Source: a virus
Taxonomy: Duplodnaviria; Caudoviricetes
IMG/VR virus record: IMGVR_UViG_3300044674_001151
Coordinates: 1 to 24,388 of that record
DNA: 24,388 nt
Strand: one strand, 5' to 3'
Shown one piece after another: positions 15,574 to 23,437 of this stretch (position 1 is the first letter of the stretch; each line of letters starts with the position of its first letter). Both the position numbers and the translations under genes were made by a program. The notes beneath the pieces were generated by a model. That model had not been told where the DNA came from. It did no database searches and was given only the letters and a program-made list of their open reading frames with translations.

Positions 15574-18381
15574 ATGACTGTTTCTTCAACGACTACCAAA
15601 GTCAGCTACGCCGGCAACGGCGCGACAACGGTCTTCGCTTACACTTTCAAAATCTTCGCGGCAGCCGACCTCGAAGTCGTGTTGCGCAGCGCAGCCGGCG
15701 TCGAGACAGTGCAAACTATCACGACGCACTATACTGTCAGTGGCGCAGGAGCCGACGCCGGCGGCAACGTAACTTTCGTGACAGCCCCAGCCTCTGGCGT
15801 CACCGTCATCATTCGACGCGCGCTGGCACTGACGCAGGGCACTGACTACGTCGAAAACGATCCGTTCCCGGCGAACTCGCACGAGGACGCGCTCGATCGC
15901 CTCACATTTATTACCCAGCAGATGCAAGAAGAGCTCGATCGCTCGGTCAAAGCATCTGTCACCAATACTATTTCCACCGTCGAGTTCTCGACGAGCGCAG
16001 CTGACCGTGCGAACAAGCTCTTTTCTTTCGACAGCTCTGGCGACCTTCAGATCAGTCAAGAGCTTGGCACGTACCGCGGCAACTGGTCGGCGTCGACGCT
16101 GTACTACCAGCGCGACATCATCAAGGACACCAGCAACAACAACATTTACCTCGCCAACACGCAGCACACGTCGACCGGTGCGCAGCCTATCTCGAGCAAT
16201 GCGGACGTAGCGAAATGGGATCTCATAGTCGATGCGGCGAGCGCGGCGGCCTCTGCTACGAGTGCTAGCGGATTTGCCGACGAGGCCGAGGCGTGGGCGA
16301 AAAAGACTGACGGCGAGGCACAGGTCGGCGAGGGCTACAGCTCGAAGGCCTGGGCGGTCGGCGGGACGGGCGTCACGGACACCGCCGCCGCTGGCGCTGC
16401 GAAAGAGTGGGCAACTGAAACTTCCGGCACAGTCGACACGAGCGACTACTCTGCAAAAGAGTATGCGAGCGGCACGCAATCCGGCGCCGGCGGGAGCGCC
16501 AAAGAATGGGCGCAGCGAGCCGAGGACTCCGCAGTCCCAGGCGGCGGCGGCGAGTATAGCGCGAAGCACTACAGCGCTAAGGCCAGCGCGTCGGCCAGCT
16601 CGGCCAGCACTTCGGCGTCCAACGCGAGTACAAGCGCGTCGGCTGCCAGCACATCGGCGTCAGACGCAAGCACTTCGGCGTCGGCTGCATCGTCCAGCGC
16701 CGCATCGGCGGCGGCCTCATACGATAGCTTCGACGATAGGTATTTGGGCGCTAAGTCCAGCGCTCCGGCGCTCGACAACGACGGCGATGCTCTGATTACC
16801 GGGGCGCTGTACTTCGACACCACCGCTGGCGAGATGAAGGTTTATAACGGCAGCGGTTGGGTCGCGACGGGATCGACGATCAGCTCTGTTTACCAGCGGT
16901 TCGAGTACACCGCGTCCGGCGGCGAGACTTCAGTGACCGGCGCGGACGACAACGCTAACACCCTGGCATATGACGCTGGGTTCATCATGGTGTTTCTCAA
17001 CGGCGTGATGCTCAACGACGGCGATTACACTGCGACGAGCGGATCGTCAATCACCGGGCTGGCGGCGCTGACTGCGGGTGACAAGCTCGAAGTGATCGCC
17101 CACGGTGCGGCTGCACCGGGAGACTATTACACCAAGGCTGCGAGCGATGCGAAGTACGCCCTGCTGGGCGCGAATACAGATATCACGTCTCTGACCCTGG
17201 CCGATGGATCGAGCAGCGCGCCAGCGCTCGCCAACACCGGCGATACCAATACCGGAATCTTTTTCCCCGCAGCTGACACGGTTGGCGTTGCGGTTGGCGG
17301 GACTGAGGTCTGGCGCTTCGGGTCGAACCCGACGACTGCGAAGAACTTAATAATCAACGGCGCGATGACTGTTAGTCAGCGAGGAACCAGCTTTGCAGGT
17401 CTTGGCACAGCAGCAGCATACACACTGGATCGCTGGAAATTAGATATTAACGGCTCACCACAGGCTAGAGTCACAATTACTCAGGACACTGATGTGCCGT
17501 CAGGTCAGGGTTTTGCAAGTTCATTGAAGATTGACGTAACAACCGCAGAAAGTGCCGTTGCTGCCGGTGAGACATTTCATGTTTTTCAAAACATCGAAGC
17601 GCAAAATCTACAGCTTCTTGCCTACAACACCGCATCTGCAAAAACGATGGCGCTGTCTTTCTGGTTCAAATCTCCAAAGAGCGGTACGCATTGCGTAACT
17701 ATCGACAATCAAGATGGCGGTAGCACCTATATTCGTGAGTTTACGGTGGCCTCTGCGGACACTTGGGAAAAACATTCTGTAACTTTTCCCGGCGACACAG
17801 CGGCAGGGATAAATAATGATAATGGTACAGGACTAACGCTTATCTTTCCGCTTATCAATGGTACGACCTATCAAGGCACTGCAAATACATGGACCGGAAG
17901 TGGCACGCAATGGTCTACATCCAACCAGCAGAACCTTCTCGATAACACCGCTAACAACATCTACATCACGGGTGTCCAACTCGAAGTCGGCTCCATCGCC
18001 ACGGACTTTGAGCATGAGCCTTACAGTGTGACGCTTGAGAAGTGTCAGCGGTATTACTGGCGGATACAGGAGTTTTCAACAAATGCGGTTCCTATTGGTG
18101 CAGGGGAAATGGACTCGACGACCCAAGCAAAAATTCACATTGATTACCCTGTTGCAATGCGAAGCAGTACTCCCACCCTACAGGTAAGCAATGTAGCTGA
18201 CTTTAAGATTCAAAGTAATGCTGTAATTGCAAACAGCACAAATGTCACAAGTGACTATTCTGCTAATCCATATAAGCATCAAATAGCTGTAACTCTTTCA
18301 GGCGGCACAGCGGGGCAGGGCGTAACAATGAGAACTGATGGTTCTTCTAATGGGTATATAGGATTTGACGCAGAGCTTTAA
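15574..18381 (+). CDS. tail fibre protein 1 (T7 gp17-like N-terminal anchor)
   Basis: Start moved to ATG 15574 (AAGGA RBS). Y.GNG.TT.F.Y.FKIF...E.ALDRLT...QQ anchor domain, SAKEWA repeats, Ser/Ala heptads, FDDRYLGAK, and a KNLIING.M.V.QRG...TGVQLEVGS.ATDFEH carbohydrate-binding-like domain. Confidence 0.9.
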   Translation: MTVSSTTTKVSYAGNGATTVFAYTFKIFAAADLEVVLRSAAGVETVQTITTHYTVSGAGADAGGNVTFVTAPASGVTVIIRRALALTQGTDYVENDPFPANSHEDALDRLTFITQQMQEELDRSVKASVTNTISTVEFSTSAADRANKLFSFDSSGDLQISQELGTYRGNWSASTLYYQRDIIKDTSNNNIYLANTQHTSTGAQPISSNADVAKWDLIVDAASAAASATSASGFADEAEAWAKKTDGEAQVGEGYSSKAWAVGGTGVTDTAAAGAAKEWATETSGTVDTSDYSAKEYASGTQSGAGGSAKEWAQRAEDSAVPGGGGEYSAKHYSAKASASASSASTSASNASTSASAASTSASDASTSASAASSSAASAAASYDSFDDRYLGAKSSAPALDNDGDALITGALYFDTTAGEMKVYNGSGWVATGSTISSVYQRFEYTASGGETSVTGADDNANTLAYDAGFIMVFLNGVMLNDGDYTATSGSSITGLAALTAGDKLEVIAHGAAAPGDYYTKAASDAKYALLGANTDITSLTLADGSSSAPALANTGDTNTGIFFPAADTVGVAVGGTEVWRFGSNPTTAKNLIINGAMTVSQRGTSFAGLGTAAAYTLDRWKLDINGSPQARVTITQDTDVPSGQGFASSLKIDVTTAESAVAAGETFHVFQNIEAQNLQLLAYNTASAKTMALSFWFKSPKSGTHCVTIDNQDGGSTYIREFTVASADTWEKHSVTFPGDTAAGINNDNGTGLTLIFPLINGTTYQGTANTWTGSGTQWSTSNQQNLLDNTANNIYITGVQLEVGSIATDFEHEPYSVTLEKCQRYYWRIQEFSTNAVPIGAGEMDSTTQAKIHIDYPVAMRSSTPTLQVSNVADFKIQSNAVIANSTNVTSDYSANPYKHQIAVTLSGGTAGQGVTMRTDGSSNGYIGFDAEL
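16283..16719 (+). repeat. coding repeats in tail fibre: six (S/A)xK(E/A/H)(W/Y)-like units then Ser/Ala heptads
   Basis: AEAWA, SKAWA, AKEWA, AKEYA, AKEWA, AKHYS; then SASNAST SASAAST SASDAST SASAASS (21-nt period). Confidence 0.75.
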
Positions 18382-18399
18382 CAGCAGGAATTATGAACA

Positions 18400-18735
18400 A
18401 TGCTAGAAAGCATTAAATACGCAAACGCAGGGCACACTGTAGTTTCCGCAACAGAAAACGGTAGTCAGCTTTCTATTCCAGTTGCTGTTGGCAACCGTCA
18501 CTACGATGAGATCGTGGCGCAGGGTCTAGCTATTGCTGACTATGTACCTCCTGCTCTGACTTGGGCGGACGTCCGCAGCGAGCGCGACGGTCTGCTTGCG
18601 GCGACAGACTGGTGGGCAGTTTCAGATCGCGCGATGTCTGCGGACGAAACAAATTATCGGCAGGCGCTGCGCGATGTTCCGCAAAATTTTGCAAGTCCAG
18701 CCGATGTGGTCTGGCCGACCAAGCCAGGAGCTTAA
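18400..18735 (+). CDS. tail fibre assembly chaperone 1
   Basis: C-terminal R.ERD.LL..TDW...YRQALRD.P....WP.KP signature (phage tail assembly chaperone domain); follows fibre 1. Confidence 0.85.
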   Translation: MLESIKYANAGHTVVSATENGSQLSIPVAVGNRHYDEIVAQGLAIADYVPPALTWADVRSERDGLLAATDWWAVSDRAMSADETNYRQALRDVPQNFASPADVVWPTKPGA

Positions 18736-18737
18736 CC

Positions 18738-20960
18738 ATGACAATCAATCGTGATCTAGCAGACCTCGCCCAGTCCCTTACCGGGGGCATCACGACGCTC
18801 AGCGAATTAGTCACCGCAGCGACTTCCGGCATCGTCGAGACCAACGCATTCATTGATGCGTGTCTCGTCGGCCCTTCAGTAGATGGCAAGGCGTGGTCAG
18901 GTAAGTTTGAGAACGGATCAGTTTGGTCAAGCCTGATGCTTGCGACCGTCGAGACAAGCGGCGCAAATGCCGAAGTCAACATCTGGGATTTGACGGCTGG
19001 TACGCTTGCGAGCGCATCGCCGCTCGCGACTGTCACCTTGACCGGCGCAACGCCGACAAGCATTGCCGCAAGCATGGGCTATGTGATCGTCGGGACCAGC
19101 GACCAAGGCTTTCACATTGTTGACCCGCATGGTGGGTCGTGGGCCGAGCGTACCGATGGTTGGCCGCGCTCGCTTTCATCTACTACAACACCCGGCCTGA
19201 CCAATGACAATGTGCAGTTTGTTTGTGCGGGCTTGGCTCAACAACCGCCGTTTGACCCGCGCACTGGTGGTCCGATGCCTTCTTTTGGTGTTTCTTATGG
19301 GGCCGGTGCTGACGGGTATTCTCTAGTCAAGCATGACGGCAACGTATGGGATCGTTCTGAAACGGTAACGAGTGGGGCTCCAATTAGCATATCTGGCGGC
19401 CACTTTTTTGCAGTTAGAGAATCCGTTTCAGATATTATTTATAAATCCCTCACACCGATAGACGAAATCACAGCGGACGATTGGAGTAGGTCAAACGTAA
19501 GCGGGGGCAACTATAATCAACCAGTCCAAGCAGACACATCGCTTGATATTATAAAAAGGTTTGCGGTCGGGGCGGATGCTGACGGTCTTTCTTTGGCCTA
19601 TGGTTTCCCCTTTTATGGTTCTCTAGGGACGGACGACTCTATTTGGGCAAATATCACAACCACCTATAACACTGGTTATAACAGCCAAGGATCGGTTCTT
19701 ACTGCTTTTGCGAACAGCGCGACGGCTGATAGGTCTGGAGGAGCCAACACGCTAACCGCTGGCGGCACCACCACAGAGATTACGCCGTACACTGGCGCAG
19801 AGATTAAGGCATACCGAATCTCTGCTGGGGCGACGAACAACACCCCGACCGGCGATGCCGACTTTGAAATGGGCACCGGGTCGTTTTCTGGCTGTCTTTG
19901 GGTTTACGCCGAAGCTGGTGCGGATAGCGTCGCGATTATGCAATATCGCAATGCCTCGACCGGCGCGGTCCCGCAATGGGGCATAAACACATCAACCACC
20001 GATTTACAGGCGGGTGTGAATGATGGCTCAAATTCTGCTACGGCAACGTGGACCGGTGGGCACACCTTTATTGCGGACGGAAATCCACACCTTGTCGGGT
20101 TTAGCTTCAACGGCACATCCAAGACGGTCACGCTTTTCGTTGACGGCAATGAGGTTGCGAGTGCAACGAACGCCAGCATTGGCAGCGTATCTGGCGGGGC
20201 TTCGTTTGCATGTGGTATCGGCGCGTCCCCAGAGGGCGGCAACGAGTTTGACAACACAAACAACTGGTTGTCGCTTGCGCGGATAACGAAGGGCTCCGAG
20301 ATTACCGGCGATCAATTCAAGAAGATGTACGAAGCCGAGGTCGGCATTTTTGCTGATAATGCGAAGTGCCTCCTGCAAGGCGCGAGCGACGCTGTTCTCG
20401 ACGCCCGAATCGATCCGCTGACCGGCAAGTACATCGTCACTCAGTCCGACACTCAAGACATTTTTGACGGGCTTGCAATCGATACCGAGCGCACCATCGC
20501 GGCTGGCGGCACCACGTTCGAACACGGTTTGTTGTGGGGCGATGGTGTTGCCGAGATCAACGACGCGAACCTCTATGCGTCGATGCCCGCAACCAATCAA
20601 CGGCAAGTCAACGAGATGGTCCGTTCAATGGCGGCTGATATGCCGAGGGGTGTCGATCTGAGTAAGGCTAAGGCGTGGGTATATTTTAACACAGGAACGC
20701 CGATTATAAATGCGACGTACAACGTCGAGTCCGTTACGTCGGGGGGCGCGGGGCTGGGGACTATCACATGGGCAGTCCCTTTCAAGTCAGCTAAATATGT
20801 GGTCGTGACGGGAGCCAATGACGCAAGTCAGGCGCTCGATGTCAGTGCTTACGTCACGGCCCAATCTACGACCGCAATCACCGTCGTCAGGACAGAAGAT
20901 AGCGCCGACGTCAACGGAGATATTTACGTGGCTTGTTTTGGAGAACTAGAAAATGAATAA
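18738..20960 (+). CDS. second tail fibre / receptor-binding protein with LamG (ConA-like) domain
   Basis: Start moved to ATG 18738 (CAGGAG RBS); MTINRDLADLA N-terminus; FS...WVY...ADG..HLVG......LFVDG.EV LamG-like segment; AKAWV.FN.....YNV.SV C-terminal tip domain. Confidence 0.75.
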   Translation: MTINRDLADLAQSLTGGITTLSELVTAATSGIVETNAFIDACLVGPSVDGKAWSGKFENGSVWSSLMLATVETSGANAEVNIWDLTAGTLASASPLATVTLTGATPTSIAASMGYVIVGTSDQGFHIVDPHGGSWAERTDGWPRSLSSTTTPGLTNDNVQFVCAGLAQQPPFDPRTGGPMPSFGVSYGAGADGYSLVKHDGNVWDRSETVTSGAPISISGGHFFAVRESVSDIIYKSLTPIDEITADDWSRSNVSGGNYNQPVQADTSLDIIKRFAVGADADGLSLAYGFPFYGSLGTDDSIWANITTTYNTGYNSQGSVLTAFANSATADRSGGANTLTAGGTTTEITPYTGAEIKAYRISAGATNNTPTGDADFEMGTGSFSGCLWVYAEAGADSVAIMQYRNASTGAVPQWGINTSTTDLQAGVNDGSNSATATWTGGHTFIADGNPHLVGFSFNGTSKTVTLFVDGNEVASATNASIGSVSGGASFACGIGASPEGGNEFDNTNNWLSLARITKGSEITGDQFKKMYEAEVGIFADNAKCLLQGASDAVLDARIDPLTGKYIVTQSDTQDIFDGLAIDTERTIAAGGTTFEHGLLWGDGVAEINDANLYASMPATNQRQVNEMVRSMAADMPRGVDLSKAKAWVYFNTGTPIINATYNVESVTSGGAGLGTITWAVPFKSAKYVVVTGANDASQALDVSAYVTAQSTTAITVVRTEDSADVNGDIYVACFGELENE

Positions 20961-21369
20961 TCGCATCGTCACCGCAGAGGGCGCGGTCATCCACTCCCTC
21001 AATCCATCGGCCACTATTGCCAAGCTGATGGAAGCTAAGGCAACGCCAGCCACGTATGACGATGACGGCGCTGTGCTGACGCCAAAGAGTTACCCAGACG
21101 CAGCCACAGTCTACGAAGAAGTAGACATTGATGAGGTTGATCTACGCACACACAGGTGGCTTGCCGCTCGCTACGACAGCGAACAATGGGCTGCGCTGAG
21201 AGCAGAGCGTGATCGGCTGCTGGCTGAGACTGATTGGGTTGTCGTGAAAGCGCAAGAAGCTGGCGAAGCAGTGCCTGCCGCTTGGCAAGCCTACCGCACC
21301 GCGCTGCGCGACTTGCCTGCCAACACTACCGATCCCGCCAGCCCAGTCTGGCCGACGAAGCCTGCGTGA
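20953..21369 (+). CDS. tail fibre assembly chaperone 2
   Basis: LRAERDRLLAETDW...W.AYRTALRDLP...PVWPTKP; paralogous C-terminal domain to 18400..18735. Confidence 0.85.
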   Translation: MNNRIVTAEGAVIHSLNPSATIAKLMEAKATPATYDDDGAVLTPKSYPDAATVYEEVDIDEVDLRTHRWLAARYDSEQWAALRAERDRLLAETDWVVVKAQEAGEAVPAAWQAYRTALRDLPANTTDPASPVWPTKPA

Positions 21370-21392
21370 TGTTCCGCACCGTTGCCGCCGCC

Positions 21393-21415
21393 ACCGCCCT
21401 GTGGGCGGTTTTTTT
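21393..21415 (+). terminator. rho-independent terminator between tail and lysis genes
   Basis: ACCGCCC-TGT-GGGCGGT followed by TTTTTT. Confidence 0.8.
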
Positions 21416-21445
21416 ATGCGCGCCCGCCGAGCCAGGAGAAAAGAT

Positions 21446-21622
21446 ATGAAATGGGAAGCGACCAAAACCGGCGGCGATGTGCTGAGCCTCGCGGTCGTCG
21501 CATCTACCTTGCTTGAATGGCTGCCGGCTTTGGCTGCGGTCGTCAGCATAATCTGGGGCGTGATCCGCATATATGAAACACGCACAGTCCAGGGGTTGGT
21601 GGCTCGATGGATGGCTCGGTAG
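21446..21622 (+). CDS. small membrane protein, putative holin
   Basis: ATG 21446 after CAGGAG; 58 aa with hydrophobic segments (VLSLAVVASTLLEWLPALAAVVSIIWGVIRIYET); first gene of the lysis block. Confidence 0.6.
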   Translation: MKWEATKTGGDVLSLAVVASTLLEWLPALAAVVSIIWGVIRIYETRTVQGLVARWMAR

Positions 21623-21906
21623 ATCTCAGACTTATTATTACCGTCGCCGGCCTCATCTTCTCGGTCGTAGCCGCCTCTGCGGTCGCACGATACCAAATTA
21701 AAGAGCTGATCGAGCAGGTCCACGAGCTGCGAAAATTGGTCGGCGCAATAGACCTGCGGGTCGATCGCAGCGAGCTCACAATACAGTCAGTGCAGCAGCG
21801 CACCGACATGCTCGCGCACATGAGCTCGCCGGAAGTGCTCGAGCGCCGGCACCGAGAGATCGCTGCGCTCATAAAAGACGTGGAAATCCTGAAAGCCAAG
21901 CCATGA
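21607..21906 (+). CDS. membrane-anchored coiled-coil protein (lysis accessory)
   Basis: 99 aa; one N-terminal TM helix followed by a heptad-rich region; overlaps both neighbours. Confidence 0.55.
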   Translation: MDGSVDLRLIITVAGLIFSVVAASAVARYQIKELIEQVHELRKLVGAIDLRVDRSELTIQSVQQRTDMLAHMSSPEVLERRHREIAALIKDVEILKAKP

Positions 21907-22319
21907 TCCAAGCCCTTCTCCCTTTAATCGCGCCGCTTGTTGGCGACGTCGTCCGCCGGGTGCTGCCCGAGGACAAGGACAAGCGCGCTGAGATTGAGCG
22001 CGAGCTAAGCATGGCGCTGGTCGCCAACAGCGCAGCAATCGAGCAGGCGGCTGCCGCTGTCGTGCTCGCAGAGGCCAAGTCGGAGCACAAGATCACTGCA
22101 ATTTGGCGGCCGGTGCTAATGCTTACTATCACGGCCATCGTCGGCTGGAACTACCTGATCGCGCCGCTAGCCGAGCTAGCAGTGCAGCTGCTCGCCGGTG
22201 ATCAGGTGCCGTTGGCGATCGAGCTGCCAGACGAGCTGTGGAACCTGCTTATGATCGGCGTCGGTGGCTACATAGTCGGCCGGTCGGGCGAGAAAATCGC
22301 GGCCAAGGTGCGGCAATGA
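21903..22319 (+). CDS. holin, 3TM GTA-holin-like family
   Basis: AEAKSEH.....WRP..ML, LP.ELW.LL.IGVGGY..GRS.EK signature. Confidence 0.8.
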   Translation: MIQALLPLIAPLVGDVVRRVLPEDKDKRAEIERELSMALVANSAAIEQAAAAVVLAEAKSEHKITAIWRPVLMLTITAIVGWNYLIAPLAELAVQLLAGDQVPLAIELPDELWNLLMIGVGGYIVGRSGEKIAAKVRQ

Positions 22320-22744
22320 TTGTCGAGCGCATGGCCCGCATGGTCGCCAACTTGCAGAAGGAAGAGGGCTTCAGTGCACACGCTTACCAAGACCATTTGG
22401 GCGTCTGGACAATCGGCCACGGCCGCAACATCGACAAGGAGCGCGGCGGCCTAGGGATCTCGCTCGATGAGGCTGAAATTCTGCTGCGGTCTGACATACG
22501 TCGTGCTGCGATAGAGCTCGAACACCGGCTGCCGTGGGTCGCGAGCGTTGAGCTCGACCGCAGAGAGGCGCTTGTCGAGCTTGCGTTCCAGCTCGGCGTG
22601 CCGCGGTTACTGAAGTTCCGAAAAATGCTAGCAGCGCTGGAGGCTGGCGATTTTGCTCGCGCGTCGGCTGAGCTGCTGGACAGCAAGTACGCAACCCAAA
22701 CGCCGGCGCGCGCGCAGCGCTACGCCGATCGGCTCCGTGGATAA
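22316..22744 (+). CDS. endolysin, T4-lysozyme-like (GH24)
   Basis: Start moved to ATG 22316 (ATGA overlap). Catalytic E-x8-D-x5-T in EGFSAHAYQDHLGVWT, TIG.GRN, L.F.KML.AL, ELLDS.YA.Q...RA.R. Confidence 0.9.
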   Translation: MIVERMARMVANLQKEEGFSAHAYQDHLGVWTIGHGRNIDKERGGLGISLDEAEILLRSDIRRAAIELEHRLPWVASVELDRREALVELAFQLGVPRLLKFRKMLAALEAGDFARASAELLDSKYATQTPARAQRYADRLRG

Positions 22745-23087
22745 ACATCAGCGGGGCGCGCTCAGCGAGGCCGTCGTGGCGACCTATATGATCGAGCACG
22801 GCTGGCTCGTCTACACAATGGAGTTTCGCGTAAGTGGGCCGATCGACCTTGTTTGCCTACACCCAGGGCTGCAGATTTGGGTCTATTTAGACGTCAAGTC
22901 TGACGCGCAGCGGACGACTAAAGATAGGCGCAGTCCGAGCCGTATAAACAGAGTGCGCAGCTGCCTACAAAAATCGCTCGGCGTACACACAGTCTACGTC
23001 ACGCGCGCTGGTAAGCTCTCCTTCTCGCCGCGGCTGCCGGAAGACGCTGCGGTTACCCTGCGACCTACACCCTCGATCACGAAATAA
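22737..23087 (+). CDS. PD-(D/E)XK endonuclease (Hjc/PDDEXK_5-like)
   Basis: GTG 22737 overlapping the endolysin end; G..SE..V..Y....GW.V, GPIDLV, LDVKS motifs. Confidence 0.7.
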   Translation: MDKHQRGALSEAVVATYMIEHGWLVYTMEFRVSGPIDLVCLHPGLQIWVYLDVKSDAQRTTKDRRSPSRINRVRSCLQKSLGVHTVYVTRAGKLSFSPRLPEDAAVTLRPTPSITK

Positions 23088-23184
23088 TCACGAGGATGCT
23101 CGCAGTCGCCAACATGTAGTTGCAATCGGCAGTAGTCGCTTGTACGATTCAATCGCAAGCACGGCCTCGTTTTTTCGTGGCTTG

Positions 23185-23300
23185 GCTGCTAAGTGATTGA
23201 AAAGATTGGCGCGCCCTCCAGGATTCGAACCTGGGACCTACGGCTTAGAAGACTGATCGCGGCCGAAAAAACAACCAGGGCAAATCAATCACTTAGCAGC
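23185..23300. repeat. 16-bp inverted repeat containing IHF-like sites
   Basis: GCTGCTAAGTGATTGA (23185-23200) / TCAATCACTTAGCAGC (23285-23300). AATCAATCACTTA (23283-23295) fits WATCAANNNNTTR; the left copy has one mismatch on the - strand. Confidence 0.8.
23207..23251 (-). pseudogene. 3' half of tRNA-Arg(UCU), attP core
   Basis: The - strand reads CTTCTAA GCCGT AGGTC CCAGG TTCGAAT CCTGG AGGGCGC G CCA: anticodon loop (TCT), T arm, acceptor 3' strand and CCA. No D arm or 5' acceptor strand upstream. Closely resembles the 3' half of proteobacterial argU-type tRNAs. Confidence 0.92.
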
Positions 23301-23379
23301 TTGGCTAAGTCCTTTTTTTGTGTCCGATCACGAAATAATCACGAAAGGGCAAAATCACGGAAAAAAGCGCAGGTCGCTC

Positions 23380-23408
23380 TTGTCACTGTTAGTTACATTA
23401 ATTACGTT
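23380..23408 (+). promoter_or_regulatory. possible sigma70 promoter for the ORF-integrase operon
   Basis: TTGTCA-17 bp-TACGTT in an AT-rich patch; GAGGAG RBS before ATG 23438. Confidence 0.4.
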
Positions 23409-23437
23409 GTGACTAGAAATTGAGGAGCGACTAACCA

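Larger units (their letters stand above)
23074..23344 (+). repeat. 20-bp direct repeat CGATCACGAAATAATCACGA (arm-type integrase sites)
   Basis: Copies at 23074-23093 and 23325-23344, each holding two ATCACGA units; a fifth ATCACG at 23354-23359. Confidence 0.85.
23074..23359. other. attP region (arm sites, IHF-like sites, tRNA-derived core)
   Basis: 20-bp direct repeat, 16-bp inverted repeat and tRNA 3' half arranged symmetrically, upstream of an integrase gene. Confidence 0.88.

Noticed and set aside
17341-21369. BPP-1-style diversity-generating retroelement acting on the tail fibres
   Set aside because: No reverse transcriptase and no near-identical TR/VR repeat pair were seen in this window.
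4439-22737. Upstream starts in the ORF track (4439, 12189, 15469, 18561, 21401, 22238, 22653)
   Set aside because: They overlap terminators or upstream genes; downstream starts have an RBS or stop/start coupling and family-typical N-termini.
23207-23285. Complete functional tRNA-Arg gene
   Set aside because: Similarity stops at the anticodon loop; there is no 5' anticodon stem match, D arm or 5' acceptor strand. It is an att core only.
23074-23344. CRISPR array or phage terminal repeat
   Set aside because: Only two 20-bp copies about 250 bp apart, symmetric around a tRNA core; better explained as integrase arm sites.
23193-23423. 76-aa ORF across attP
   Set aside because: It translates the antisense tRNA fragment and binding-site repeats; no RBS or protein features.
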